DNA of 64,000 bases from Pseudomonadales bacterium (GTDB lineage: Bacteria; Pseudomonadota; Gammaproteobacteria; Pseudomonadales; Azotimanducaceae). Location of the stretch: assembly GCA_963667455.2 (NCBI GenBank), contig CAXXFR010000019.1, forward strand, positions 97,181 to 161,180, read 5' to 3'. Each line of letters begins with the position of its first letter. The first letter of the stretch is position 1. Below the pieces are notes generated by a model that was not told the DNA's origin, did not search any database, and worked only from the letters and a program-made list of their open reading frames with translations. Shown one piece after another: positions 26,722 through 39,142 of the stretch. The translations under genes were made by a program, and so were the position numbers.

Positions 26722-29037
26722 ATGTCAACTTTGAACATTCGCAACTCAAGAATTCTTCTTGTCGCTACAGCAACCGTTTCGGTCTTGGGGATGGCTACTC
26801 TCGTCGCATCGCAACAAGAATCTGAACAGGAAGACGACTCGGACGTCTACTTTTTGCAGGATGTTCACGAGGATGTGCGCGCTCAATTTCAAGAGATGAA
26901 GGCAGGCCCGCAACCGACTGGCATAAACGATCCGACGCGCACCAACTGGGAGATCAACGAGCAGGTTGCGGGTTTGCTGTTCAGCGACGATTCGGCGGAT
27001 GTTAATGAAGGTCTGAGTCTGCTCAACGAGTACTCGGAGTTCGTGTATTGGAACAAGTGGATAAAGCTAGGGCCGCTGGGTTCGCGATCATTTGGCGACA
27101 TCCCTGGCCTCAGGGAGGTTTTGATTGCGCTGTTCCGCGAGAAGGTGGACGAGTCGGGAGGCGAAATTCCCCGACTTAAATTGCCTCGCGAAGTCGACGA
27201 AGCCGAGGAACGTGAGATTCTTCAGGATCCAGAGAAGTTTGAAGAGTGGCTCAACGAGGGAAATCCTCCCGTCTGGACCGAGATTCCTGCCATATTGGCT
27301 GCCATCTTTCCCGGAGATCTCGATGTACATGATTTGATTTGGGAAGTCCACGATCCTGCGCAGCCGGGGACTACCCTTCTCATGCTTGAGATGGGTGGCT
27401 TTGTAACGCCTGAGGCCACGGAGTTTCGTATCGAGAGACTGTTCATGGAGAACTTCGTGAATCCGAGCGAGGGAACCATTAGTTATGCATTCGAAGCGGC
27501 GAGGGGATTGGGTGTATGCCAGAGCGACGAGGGGTTTGAAGCGCTAGTACGTAGGCTAAGTCTGACATTAGACGCTGTCCTGGCTTCGTTTGTTGTCGAG
27601 GCTATCGTCGCGTATGGTGCTCGAGCCCTGATCCATCGCGAACGACTGGAAGAGATCGGGAAGCAATTTGGGGTCTCCGCGGACATGGGTGAATCGCAAC
27701 CTCCCGAAGAAACACTTGGGAGCTACAACACACGAGCTCCTAGTTGGCGTCTGTATTTCGCTCTGAGGAATCTGGATCGACTGTCGAAGTTCGAAAAGCG
27801 AGTTCGATCAGCACTTCCCCCACCGCCGGTCGACCGAAATCCGGAATCGACCATCGACTCCGACGGTGCTGGCGCACTCGAGCCGGATCCGAGATCAACA
27901 GATATTGAAGCAGGAATCGATCTGGACGGGGAAGCCGAGGTGAGTTCCTTGACCTATCAGATCGAGTGGGACAAGCGCATAAGCCAGCGCGAAATGTACC
28001 TAACGCTCGAACGGGACGAAGGCGGGAAGTATCGGGGAGCCTGGACCGACAGCGACGCCAAAATCCACGAAGTTCGAAATCTCAAGGTAAAGGACGGCAG
28101 GTTTTCGTTTGACTATCAGCCTTTCCAGGATGACATCGACTTCCTGCACCGAACCGACGGAGTGATCGAGGACGACAAGATCACGGGCAGACAGTATGTG
28201 ACGGAAACTCCCGATATCTATGCACGGACTTTCTCGGGACACCTGAAGCCGGAGAATCCGCCAATCGCACAGCCTGTCGCCATCGAACCCTTCGCTCCAC
28301 TGAGTTGGGACGACGGTCTGGTAGATATCTTGAACAAGGCCAAAGTCTGGACCGACGTCAGCAAAAGGTTTTTCCAATGCACTGATCGTGACGGAGAACG
28401 GCGTGGACTTCGAGTCGAATTCGACGACGATACGAATGCCGCCGGATTGCTGGAATTGCTCGCCGAGAAGAACGAAGGCGTTCGCGGCAGAAGGAATTGG
28501 CGAGATAGGCTCGCAAACGCCGGTCAGCTCCTCCCTGGTTGCGAAAGGTTGGAGCTCGTCTTCTATCCCGTTCGAGTGAACCGCACGGATTTCCGACTGA
28601 GGGTCGGCATGCAATACGAGCCAGTCCAGGGCAACTCGACTGATGCAACCAAGAATTCGCCTGATTTCGACGCCGGTCATCCCTACCAGTTGACACGGGT
28701 CGAGCTGGCTACGTCGTCTCTCAATATTGAATATTCGAAGAACGTGATCTTCAGAACGTACTGGGACCCTTATCACGGGAACACGATGCTCGACGCCGAT
28801 CAGAAGGAGACCTTCCTGACGCGGGACGATCTGTACGGCGACAGAAAAAGATATGGAAACACGTTCTCGCATACCGCGGAAGTGACGTTTGTGGACCCGG
28901 TGGACACGCGATTGTGGATGAGGTACTTCTACAACAATGGTGAATACGCCATTGATGAGAGCTTGTTGCTGGACAATGATGTGCAAACGTCACGCACGAT
29001 GGAGATTGTGTTTTCGCTTGGGGAACCCAGACGGTAG
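26722..29037 (+). CDS. Large secreted hypothetical protein (771 aa)
   Basis: It has an N-terminal signal-like LLVATATVSVLGMATLVASQQ. The protein is acidic and I recognise no motif. The 328-aa antisense ORF 28000-28986 is a shadow. Confidence 0.6.
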   Translation: MSTLNIRNSRILLVATATVSVLGMATLVASQQESEQEDDSDVYFLQDVHEDVRAQFQEMKAGPQPTGINDPTRTNWEINEQVAGLLFSDDSADVNEGLSLLNEYSEFVYWNKWIKLGPLGSRSFGDIPGLREVLIALFREKVDESGGEIPRLKLPREVDEAEEREILQDPEKFEEWLNEGNPPVWTEIPAILAAIFPGDLDVHDLIWEVHDPAQPGTTLLMLEMGGFVTPEATEFRIERLFMENFVNPSEGTISYAFEAARGLGVCQSDEGFEALVRRLSLTLDAVLASFVVEAIVAYGARALIHRERLEEIGKQFGVSADMGESQPPEETLGSYNTRAPSWRLYFALRNLDRLSKFEKRVRSALPPPPVDRNPESTIDSDGAGALEPDPRSTDIEAGIDLDGEAEVSSLTYQIEWDKRISQREMYLTLERDEGGKYRGAWTDSDAKIHEVRNLKVKDGRFSFDYQPFQDDIDFLHRTDGVIEDDKITGRQYVTETPDIYARTFSGHLKPENPPIAQPVAIEPFAPLSWDDGLVDILNKAKVWTDVSKRFFQCTDRDGERRGLRVEFDDDTNAAGLLELLAEKNEGVRGRRNWRDRLANAGQLLPGCERLELVFYPVRVNRTDFRLRVGMQYEPVQGNSTDATKNSPDFDAGHPYQLTRVELATSSLNIEYSKNVIFRTYWDPYHGNTMLDADQKETFLTRDDLYGDRKRYGNTFSHTAEVTFVDPVDTRLWMRYFYNNGEYAIDESLLLDNDVQTSRTMEIVFSLGEPRR

Positions 29038-29423
29038 CACTTTGAACAGTCCTTATCAGCAGACATCCAGTGTGTAGAGAATTTCCCTACAACACAGTAA
29101 GCAAATGGGTTGTCGAGCAAGCTAGATCTGACTAGGGTTCTCCTGCTAGGTGCAGACGCGAACTCACTGTCGATTAAACAGACCACTAGCACGCCTCAGC
29201 TGAAGTCGAACGTGCACGTCGAGTCTGCACGATCCACGATTGTCGAGTCAACAACAGAGTCTCACGACCCAGCGTAGGAACAAAGCCCCTAGTCGCAGTC
29301 TCCGAGGTTGCCAGCGACGAGGCCGGAAGTCTCCCCAAACTTCGTCTGGATGTGTTTGCAATGTTTTGCTACAATCTGTACAAACCTGTACAACCGAAAT
29401 GGATTTTGGGTTGCACGTAAAGG

Positions 29424-30308
29424 ATGAACAGTACAGTGGAACAACAGCTCTACAAGATTGGTGCGGTCTCTCAGAAGACGGGATTCTCCGCGGAACGCCT
29501 TCGTCAATGGGAACGACGCTACGGACTCGAACCCGCGTATCGGGCTAACCGCACTCGCTACTACAGTACAGACCAGGTAGCAAAGCTGATTCAAATCAGG
29601 GGTCTCCTTCGTCAAGGCCATACGATCGGTCAGTTGTGGTCTCTTTCTTCAGAAGAGCTTGCCGAACTCTACGACACGCAATTTGCTCCTGAAGATGCAA
29701 CTTCCAGCGTCGTGGTATTGGTGGGTCCCAGAGTTGCCGAGCTCGAGGCAAACAGTGCATCGGATCTCTGCGAGGTAGCTCGTCGGATCGTCAGCATCGA
29801 GGAACTCGAAAAAAGTTTGGACGATTTGCCACCATGTGACGCGTTTGTGGTAGAGATTCCTAGCCTCGACGCGAGACGTCTCGAGGATTTGAGCAATCTG
29901 TTGCCGGGGCTAGTTGTTGCGGTCTATCAGTTCGCAAGCAAGGTTGACCTCGAAGAAGCACAGCAGTCGAACTTGATGGTTTACCGATTGGGGGAAGTCA
30001 AGTGGTCAGACCTGGCGCATCGGCTTGCTGAGACTTTGCAGCGGACGAGACTTTCCGGTGGCGGAGCAGTTCACTTTTCTGAAGAAGAGCTTGCGCATCT
30101 GAGTCGAACTCAAACGAGTGGCAAGGTCGCGCCGAAAGATCTGGTTGACATCGTGCGAACCCAGCGCGCCTTGATCGAGCACATTCAGCGCATCGGAGAC
30201 TGCGCATTCGACGTGGAATTGGCCGGAATCGTCCAGCTGTCAGAAGCGAAAATGGAAGAAGCGCTGAAGTCGCTCGTAGACGAATATGAACTGTTTGTTG
30301 AAATTTGA
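29424..30308 (+). CDS. MerR-family transcriptional regulator with an unassigned C-terminal domain
   Basis: The HTH is LYKIGAVSQKTGFSAERLRQWERRYGL...RTRYYSTDQVAKLIQIRGL. Confidence 0.7.
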   Translation: MNSTVEQQLYKIGAVSQKTGFSAERLRQWERRYGLEPAYRANRTRYYSTDQVAKLIQIRGLLRQGHTIGQLWSLSSEELAELYDTQFAPEDATSSVVVLVGPRVAELEANSASDLCEVARRIVSIEELEKSLDDLPPCDAFVVEIPSLDARRLEDLSNLLPGLVVAVYQFASKVDLEEAQQSNLMVYRLGEVKWSDLAHRLAETLQRTRLSGGGAVHFSEEELAHLSRTQTSGKVAPKDLVDIVRTQRALIEHIQRIGDCAFDVELAGIVQLSEAKMEEALKSLVDEYELFVEI

Positions 30309-30889
30309 GCGAAAATAGTGTACAGTACGAAACATAAACACGGTTGTAATCTGATCGCGTTTTGTTTAGTATGGGGTTTGAGGGCAAGAAACCAGTGACG
30401 CAAGTCGTGATGAAGAACCAAACGAGCACGCTCTACATGGATGTCTCGAGCGATGGCCCGCTTGGTGCTTCGTGTCGGAACGGATTCCGGCATTTCGTTG
30501 ACTGCTTCATCACGCAGTCAAGCTTTCCGCGGCGGAAATAGACACAGGAAGTGCAAAGAGCCATGGAGGTCGTACAGAAACACGGATGTTTCCTCGACGA
30601 TATGGATAGGCTCCTATTTCCGTCGTACTGACTCGATGCGCCACGGAATGGCGCATCGACATCTGCAGTATTGTATCCAATTTGACCGATGTGCAAAACC
30701 ATTGGTTCAATTCCCTTTCGCTTAACGCTGGTACTTCTCCAGATCTCCCGACCTTGGCGGCGGTGGATTTCCGCCCGGATACTTCGGTTGCCGCACATGT
30801 ATACAACTAACTGACAAGAGTTGTCGCTACCCTCTTGTTAGAAACGGTTTGACTCGCATAATGAAGCAGTCAATCCACGGTCGTCAGCT

Positions 30890-33800
30890 ATGCGGCTCAA
30901 GTCCATCAATCTCTCCGGATTCAAATCCTTCGTCGATCCAACGTCGATTGAGTTGCCGCACGACATCAGCGTTTTTGTCGGCCCGAACGGTTGCGGTAAG
31001 TCCAATGTAGTCGATGCAGTCCGACTCGTAGTTGGCGAGAGTCGTGCAAGTCAGATACGAGGCGACTCTCTCTCCGACATCATCTTTAACGGAACGGAAT
31101 CCAGATCACCAACCGTCCAAGCAACAGTCGAGTTGCTCTTCGACAACACCGTTCAGTCGATCACCGGACCCTACGCAAGCTATTCGGAAATCTCGTTGCG
31201 GCGCGAGATCTTTCGGGACCTACAGTCCAAGTTCTATCTGAACGGACGCGCTTGTCGTCGAAGGGACATTCAAGACTTGTTCTTGGGATCCGGATTCGGT
31301 GCTCGCAGCTACGCAGTCGTCGAACAAGGATTCATCGGACGGCTTGTGGAATCGAGTCCTGACGAATTGCGCTCCCACATCGAGGAAGTTGCGGGAGTCT
31401 CCAAGTATCGAGACCGAAGGCGAGAGACCGAGCGACGCATTGCCGCGACGAACCAAAACTTGGAACGGGTTCGCGATCACAACGCTGAACTGAATCGTCA
31501 AGTGGCGCGTCTTGAACGACAAGTGCGAGAAGCAAATCGCTATTCGATTCTCAAGGATCGAGAGAGATTGGCACAAGCCAAGCTGATTGCGTTTCAGATA
31601 CGTCAAGTTGATTCAACAATCAATGATCAAGATGCGCGCGTTCGCAAGTCCCAACTAGAACTGCAGCAACATCAGACCGAACTTCAGAACATTCGAACGA
31701 CGTTGGATGGACTACGAAACGAGGAGTCCGAAGTCAACGAGTCGTTCAACGCCGTTCAGGGCGAAGCGTTTTCCGCTCGCGCCAAGAGTGGCCGCATCGA
31801 GGAAGAAGTGGAGTCGCGACGGATTCGCATCAACGACACGCAGACTGAACTGACAGCACAGAATGAGCGACGGCGCAAGTTGATAGACGAGCTCAAGAGA
31901 GATCGACAAGCGCTGCTTGCGATTGATCAATCGAAAGATGAGCTGGAATCGAACAGGAACACGGCTCGCAATCTGGCGTCGAGTGCAAATGAATCTGTAG
32001 AGAATGCCCAAGCCGCCTTTGATCAGTGGCAAGTTCGGTGGAACGAGTTGGCCTCAGAAGCAGGAGAGCTCGAAAGAGAAAAGCAATATGCCCAAGCGGT
32101 AGCGGCTAGCAACTCATCAATGCTCGACGAGCTCTTTGAACGACGTCGAGTGAACATGAGAGCTCTCGAACAATCCGAAGTTGACGACGATACACAAGCG
32201 CTAGAGACCCAACTCGCTGAACTCGCTAGTGAACGCGAGACCGAACAACGAAACCTCGCGGACACCGAAAGAGAGTTGACGGATCTGAGGGCTAGCAATG
32301 AGACCGATGAAGCATCGCTCCGAGAATTGGAGCAGGATCTGCTTTCAGTACGGGATCAATTGACTGCCAATGTTGCGATTCTGGACTCAGTGGTCAGTGG
32401 TAAAGGCACTACCGGGGAAACCGAGCTGGATTTCGGTTTGGGAATGCAAGATCAACAACGCTTGCTTGAGCAAATTGAAGTCGAAAGTGGTTGGGAGAAA
32501 GCCGTCGAGACGGTGTTGGGTCCAGACATCGGAGCGATTACGGTTAACGCACTTCGAGACATTCACGAGAAACTCGATGAGCAATTGATGGATCGTGCGA
32601 CAGTCGTCGAACCGATCAGCGACGGAGTTTCGCGAGACCCGCGTTCGTTGTTGTCACACGTTTCGAAAGGATCAGAAGTTGTTGCCGCGGTGATTGGAAC
32701 AGTCTTTGCTTGCGACAACTTAGAGCAGGCGTTGCAATTGCAGCTGTCGCTCCGCGCGGGCGAGCGAGTCGTCACAAGAAGTGGTATTTGCATTGGCAAA
32801 CACTGGATTCGATTCCCGGGTTCGGTCGAGCAAGAGAAGAGCTTGATTGAAATTCGTGAGTCCACTGAGATATTGAGAACACAACTCGCAAGTCTTCAAG
32901 AACAATACGATTCGCTTCGTCAGAAGATTCAAGATCGCATCCATCGACGCTCAAAACTGGGCGACCATGCACAGGTCGTGCGAGATCGTCTACAGGAATT
33001 GGCCGCTAGGCACGAGTCGTTGCAACTTCAACTGCAACGCAATCAGATGTTGATAGCGGAAGATCGTGATCGTCGAGTGAGAACGAATGAGGAATTGCAA
33101 AAGATTGACTCGCGTATTCGCGAACTCCAAGCAAGTTCGGCTGAACAAAGCCAACGCGTCAGCGAATCGGCGGACCGACTCGCAAGATTCACTGAACTAC
33201 GCCAGCAGTTGGAAGCGGAGCGGGTTGAAAACGCACAGAGAGTCGAGAGTGCTTTGAGTGAAGCTCGAACGCACGGGGACAAATACCGAGAGTTGGACGT
33301 CCAATTCAATACAGCCATTTCAAATCGCGATTCATTGCAACGCACATGTACTCGATTGGAATCGGACATCTCCGAACTCGACCGACAAATCGGACGAATG
33401 GGCGCAACCATCGAGACACTGGAAACTGAGTTAAGGTCGCTCGGGACTCAACGAGAGGAGGCATTGCGCACATACTCGGAAGTAGATGCTCGATTGCGTG
33501 AGATTAGAACTGCGCGAGATCAGTTGACGTTTCGAATACGCGAAAACTCCGGCAACGCAGTGCTTACCGAAAAGATGGTCGAAGACAAACAATCGGAAGT
33601 CGAGACGGAACGCGAACGCCAAATCCAGCTCAATGCTGAACGCGAACACTTGATTCGCGACTTGGTTCCTACACAGCATTCTTTCGATGAAGCATCTCAG
33701 CATCTACACGACCAGGAAGATGGAACAACCCTGCAACGAGCCTTGGATCGCATTACCAACCGAATCAACAGATTGGGTGCAGTCAACCTGGCAGCCGAAA

Positions 33801-34387
33801 GCGACTTGAAAGATCTCACTGCAGAGCGCGACCTTGTTGTTCAGCAAATCGAGGACTTGGAACTATCACAAGAGACGTTGCAGAGCGCTATTCGAAAGAT
33901 CGACCAGGAGTCGCTGACTTTGTTTCAAGACACCCTGGAACGTGCGAACGAGGCATTTCACAAAGTATTTGGAAAACTGTTCGGAGGTGGCAATGCGGCT
34001 TTGCAACTAACCGACGAAGACCCTCTGAACTCAGGAATCGCCATGCGAGTTCAACCTCCCGGAAAGCGGACGAAGAACGTCAACGCGTTGTCAGGCGGAG
34101 AAAAGTCTCTCGCCGGTATTGCATTCATTTTTGCGATGTTCGAACTGAACCCCAGTCCGGTGTGCGTACTCGACGAAGTGGATGCCGCATTGGACGATTC
34201 CAATGTTGAGAGATTTATCAAACTCATCAAAGAAATGTCTGACTTTGTACAGTTTTTGATAATTTCTCACAATCGGGCTACAATGCAAGTAGCAGAATCC
34301 CTAATCGGGGTGACCATGCAGGAAGCAGGTGTGTCTCGATTGGTTTCCGTGGACCTCGAACAAGCGCTCGAGACCGCGACTCAATGA
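30890..34387 (+). CDS. smc: Chromosome segregation protein SMC
   Basis: Features: N-terminal FKSF...VGPNGCGKSN, long coiled coils, a hinge, the signature LSGGEKSLAGIAF and Walker B VLDEVDAALD. Confidence 0.95.
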   Translation: MRLKSINLSGFKSFVDPTSIELPHDISVFVGPNGCGKSNVVDAVRLVVGESRASQIRGDSLSDIIFNGTESRSPTVQATVELLFDNTVQSITGPYASYSEISLRREIFRDLQSKFYLNGRACRRRDIQDLFLGSGFGARSYAVVEQGFIGRLVESSPDELRSHIEEVAGVSKYRDRRRETERRIAATNQNLERVRDHNAELNRQVARLERQVREANRYSILKDRERLAQAKLIAFQIRQVDSTINDQDARVRKSQLELQQHQTELQNIRTTLDGLRNEESEVNESFNAVQGEAFSARAKSGRIEEEVESRRIRINDTQTELTAQNERRRKLIDELKRDRQALLAIDQSKDELESNRNTARNLASSANESVENAQAAFDQWQVRWNELASEAGELEREKQYAQAVAASNSSMLDELFERRRVNMRALEQSEVDDDTQALETQLAELASERETEQRNLADTERELTDLRASNETDEASLRELEQDLLSVRDQLTANVAILDSVVSGKGTTGETELDFGLGMQDQQRLLEQIEVESGWEKAVETVLGPDIGAITVNALRDIHEKLDEQLMDRATVVEPISDGVSRDPRSLLSHVSKGSEVVAAVIGTVFACDNLEQALQLQLSLRAGERVVTRSGICIGKHWIRFPGSVEQEKSLIEIRESTEILRTQLASLQEQYDSLRQKIQDRIHRRSKLGDHAQVVRDRLQELAARHESLQLQLQRNQMLIAEDRDRRVRTNEELQKIDSRIRELQASSAEQSQRVSESADRLARFTELRQQLEAERVENAQRVESALSEARTHGDKYRELDVQFNTAISNRDSLQRTCTRLESDISELDRQIGRMGATIETLETELRSLGTQREEALRTYSEVDARLREIRTARDQLTFRIRENSGNAVLTEKMVEDKQSEVETERERQIQLNAEREHLIRDLVPTQHSFDEASQHLHDQEDGTTLQRALDRITNRINRLGAVNLAAESDLKDLTAERDLVVQQIEDLELSQETLQSAIRKIDQESLTLFQDTLERANEAFHKVFGKLFGGGNAALQLTDEDPLNSGIAMRVQPPGKRTKNVNALSGGEKSLAGIAFIFAMFELNPSPVCVLDEVDAALDDSNVERFIKLIKEMSDFVQFLIISHNRATMQVAESLIGVTMQEAGVSRLVSVDLEQALETATQ

Positions 34388-34429
34388 ACAAAGGGATTCC
34401 CTACAACAACACTGCTCGAGGTGATAGAT

Positions 34430-35455
34430 ATGGATGTCTTTCAAATTGTGACTTTGTGTTCGCTCCTTGCCGTCATGTTCATAGGCGTAACGAGCTACGG
34501 CTTGTTTCGGAACTGGCAGCGCAACCAACTCGAACTTGATCTTGCCCAAGCCCCTGACCGTGAGGTTAAAGCATCCGACTGGGAAGTGTCGGAAGTTAGG
34601 GTCTACCCTCGCAATGCGAGCAGAACGCAAGGTGCTGCTAGTTTGGGGACACGAGACTCAGCGACGCAAGCGGCGACACAGTCGTTCGATGCTGCGCTAA
34701 GCAGATCGGATCTAGCTGGCTTGCGTGCCACACGTCCTGGAACGCAAACACGATCGGATACGCCCAGCTCTAGTTGGTCGAGGCCAGTGGTGGCTCCGTC
34801 TCAGCAAACGAACAAGACTGGCAAGAGCAACCAACCCGCCGTACAAACCGAACTCAATCTCGGTACGTCGGACGAAACACCAACCGTCCAACCGGTTAAG
34901 GGATCCTCGGAGAGTCGATTGTCGCGGAAGTCGCCGAAACGCACCAAGCGCACCAAGGCCGCGCGGGATACCAAGAAAAACGGATCCTTCAACGCTGTAG
35001 CGTCCAAGAACAAGACTGCTTTGGAGTCCGAAACAGACTTCGTGGCCATATTCGTCATTGGCGAACACGACATGGCGTTTCGCATGGACGAAATCAGTAG
35101 ATTCCTGCTGGCAAAGGGATTGCAACTTGACTCAACCGGTTTGTTCTGTCAGAAAGACCGCACGACCGGTGAGGTGGTCTTCAAGGTTGCCAATGTGTAT
35201 TTTCCGGGCACGTTCGATACACAGAACATCGAAAACACGCGTACTGAGGGAATCTCTTTCGTCATGAAGCTGTCGATGGTCGCCCATCCGGTCGTTGTGT
35301 TTGAGCAGATGCATGCGATAGCCAATGCGTGCTCGGAGAAATTCTCTGGCACGTTGAAGGATGAAAACTTCAACAAGCTGAGCAATCAAACTCTTGCCCA
35401 CTACCGACATCGCGTCTCTGTCCACCACAGAAAGCAGTTGACGATCAACGGCTGA
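34430..35455 (+). CDS. zipA: Cell division protein ZipA
   Basis: Features: N-terminal TM, a long P/Q/S/T-rich linker, and a C-terminal FtsZ-binding-type domain (LFCQKD..VVFKVANVYFPGTFD...TEGISFVMKL). It sits between smc and ligA. Confidence 0.8.
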   Translation: MDVFQIVTLCSLLAVMFIGVTSYGLFRNWQRNQLELDLAQAPDREVKASDWEVSEVRVYPRNASRTQGAASLGTRDSATQAATQSFDAALSRSDLAGLRATRPGTQTRSDTPSSSWSRPVVAPSQQTNKTGKSNQPAVQTELNLGTSDETPTVQPVKGSSESRLSRKSPKRTKRTKAARDTKKNGSFNAVASKNKTALESETDFVAIFVIGEHDMAFRMDEISRFLLAKGLQLDSTGLFCQKDRTTGEVVFKVANVYFPGTFDTQNIENTRTEGISFVMKLSMVAHPVVVFEQMHAIANACSEKFSGTLKDENFNKLSNQTLAHYRHRVSVHHRKQLTING

Positions 35456-35473
35456 CCTTATGGTCTCGTTTAG

Positions 35474-37480
<2,007 letters not shown>

Positions 37481-37615
37481 GCTGATTAGTGGCTAGCTAG
37501 CAATCTTCGTGCCGAAAAAGGCAATGGGTGCTCCAGGGACTCGATCTCGATCCCTCTAAGGGCAACCATCCTGGATCCAATCTCTTTCTCGATGCGCTGT
37601 TACTTGGCGAAATCG

Positions 37616-37891
37616 TCATGAAGGAGGCAGCTGATTGATGTATTTCATAAACAGTATGAACGCTAGTAAGAACGCCATAAGAGCTAGGAACACCCAATTC
37701 CAGCGGTTTCGCAATTCAAGCTTCAAGACCTCTCTCCAACTGAGATTCTCGTACTTTCGAGCTTGGTATTCCAACCACTCTCTCATATTGCGATACTTGG
37801 GCTTTTCCTCCAAGGGCGAATTGGGGGCTTTGTACGGATTCTCTTCTTGCAACTCTGTCCCATCCCTTGAAGGGCTCTGTTTCTCTTGCAT
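37616..37891 (-). CDS. Small hypothetical membrane protein (91 aa)
   Basis: It has an N-terminal NPYKAP motif and a single C-terminal TM (WVFLALMAFLLAFILF). There is no other support. Confidence 0.35.
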   Translation of the reverse strand: MQEKQSPSRDGTELQEENPYKAPNSPLEEKPKYRNMREWLEYQARKYENLSWREVLKLELRNRWNWVFLALMAFLLAFILFMKYINQLPPS

Positions 37892-38042
37892 TGGGTTGGT
37901 TGTTCAGACATGTCAATCATAGCGATTGAGATCTCGTCGGACGTATCACGTTGAGTCCGTTCAATCTGAAATCAGACCGTTCTCGCACATCCTGCGTTTA
38001 TCATTTTCAACTCTACTTTAACCGACTAGTTGAGAGATTGGA

Positions 38043-39086
38043 ATGCAGTTGCAGTTTTCCCGAGATGAATTGTTGAGCGACGTCGACTACGTGAAGAGAA
38101 ACGAAGTCGAAGGTCGCCGAATGCACGGGGGATTTGATCGTCACGGCACCTATGTGCCACCGCGTTCCAACGGACGCGCAGTTGCCATTGCGAATTGGAC
38201 CTCTGCTTTGAGAGATCGAGGTGGGGATCTCCTTGAAGCTGATTCGAGCTTGCTCGTTGGGCCCCGCATGCCCAACGTAGAGCAGCAACGATTGCTAATT
38301 CGAGAAGGGATGTCTCGGGTCTTCTGGAATGGTTTGACAATCACAGGCAAGATCGAAGGTCGTGGTCGGATGCTTGCCACCATGCCGATTCCCAATATGC
38401 AGAACTATTTTGTCGAAGACATATCCGACATGGCGATCGCTCACTTGGATAAGGGGCTCATGTGGGCTCACGGAATCGACGAAGGTGGAGAGCCGGAGAA
38501 AGGCATCGGCGGGCACGACGTGATGTGGTTTGTCGCGCGTGACTTGGTGTTGGGAAAAGATGCTTGGCCGGATGCCGAACCTCCTGAAAGAATCGCTCGA
38601 CAGGATTCGCCCGAACGACGTATGCCGCAAATTGCTGTCGAGATGGAAATGCTGCTGTCTTTCTTGATGAATCTTTTGCTGATTGAATTTAGAGCTGAAA
38701 TCGGCTTTGCAGCGACCCAGGAAACACTGCGCACTCCAGGATTGTTTCCAGATCGAACTGAGAAGGCCGAGTTGGCAGCGGAAATCGTCGAACGGATCCG
38801 AACGGACGAGAAAATTCACGTCGAATCGCTTCGTCTCTATCTCGGTGAGATCGCCTCGCTCCACATTCGGACGGTCGACGGCGGTTCGGTCTTGGGTACG
38901 GAACTCATTCAACCGTTCTGGGACGACCTAGTAACTTGGGCAACAGTCGGTCAGCCGGTATTGGCAGCTCGCCAAACCTACGATGCGATATGCGACCTCA
39001 TTGAGGAACTTCCCGAAGGAAAGCGAGTTCAACAGGAATTCGACGAACTGACGGACCACGGAGTATTCGAAGAGGAAGCTGCGTAG
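38043..39086 (+). CDS. Hypothetical protein (347 aa); possibly ferritin-like/di-iron, very tentative
   Basis: It is a long ORF with genome-typical composition. The only hints are ExxH in DEKIHVES and helical LLIEFRAE. Confidence 0.5.
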   Translation: MQLQFSRDELLSDVDYVKRNEVEGRRMHGGFDRHGTYVPPRSNGRAVAIANWTSALRDRGGDLLEADSSLLVGPRMPNVEQQRLLIREGMSRVFWNGLTITGKIEGRGRMLATMPIPNMQNYFVEDISDMAIAHLDKGLMWAHGIDEGGEPEKGIGGHDVMWFVARDLVLGKDAWPDAEPPERIARQDSPERRMPQIAVEMEMLLSFLMNLLLIEFRAEIGFAATQETLRTPGLFPDRTEKAELAAEIVERIRTDEKIHVESLRLYLGEIASLHIRTVDGGSVLGTELIQPFWDDLVTWATVGQPVLAARQTYDAICDLIEELPEGKRVQQEFDELTDHGVFEEEAA

Positions 39087-39142
39087 TCGAATCTTTCGAC
39101 TCGTTCCGATGCTACTGGGCCCAGTCGCTGACTGAACCCGAG

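Noticed and set aside
28000-28986. Long antisense ORFs: 28000-28986 (328 aa), 38295-38912, 40753-41394, 42454-43053, 35639-36199, 17004-17579 and others.
   Set aside because: Each lies fully inside or opposite a gene that is a better coding candidate, and most of those genes carry clear family motifs. The translations are Arg/Ser-rich shadow frames.
29217-29227. The 11-nt exact match cgtcgagtctg to the 5' arm of the A1/A2 leader helix.
   Set aside because: It is an isolated match with no matching 3' arm or flanking similarity, so it is probably chance. I note it only in case a genome-wide scan shows more copies.
30813-30838. gacaagagttgtcgctac upstream of smc. It resembles the array palindrome and shares the 10-mer ttgtcgctac with copy 2.
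   Set aside because: The spacer length differs and there is no ATACT box. A single 10-mer match in 128 kb of two-strand sequence is near chance expectation.
30309-30889. I tested by eye for tmRNA, RNase P RNA, SRP RNA or a tRNA. There is a ggttcaattcc T-loop-like string near 30705.
   Set aside because: No complementary T-stem or acceptor stem is present. There is no GGAAAGUCCGG / ACAGAACCCGGCUUA (RNase P) motif and no tmRNA-type end. The region is kept only as an unexplained structured spacer.
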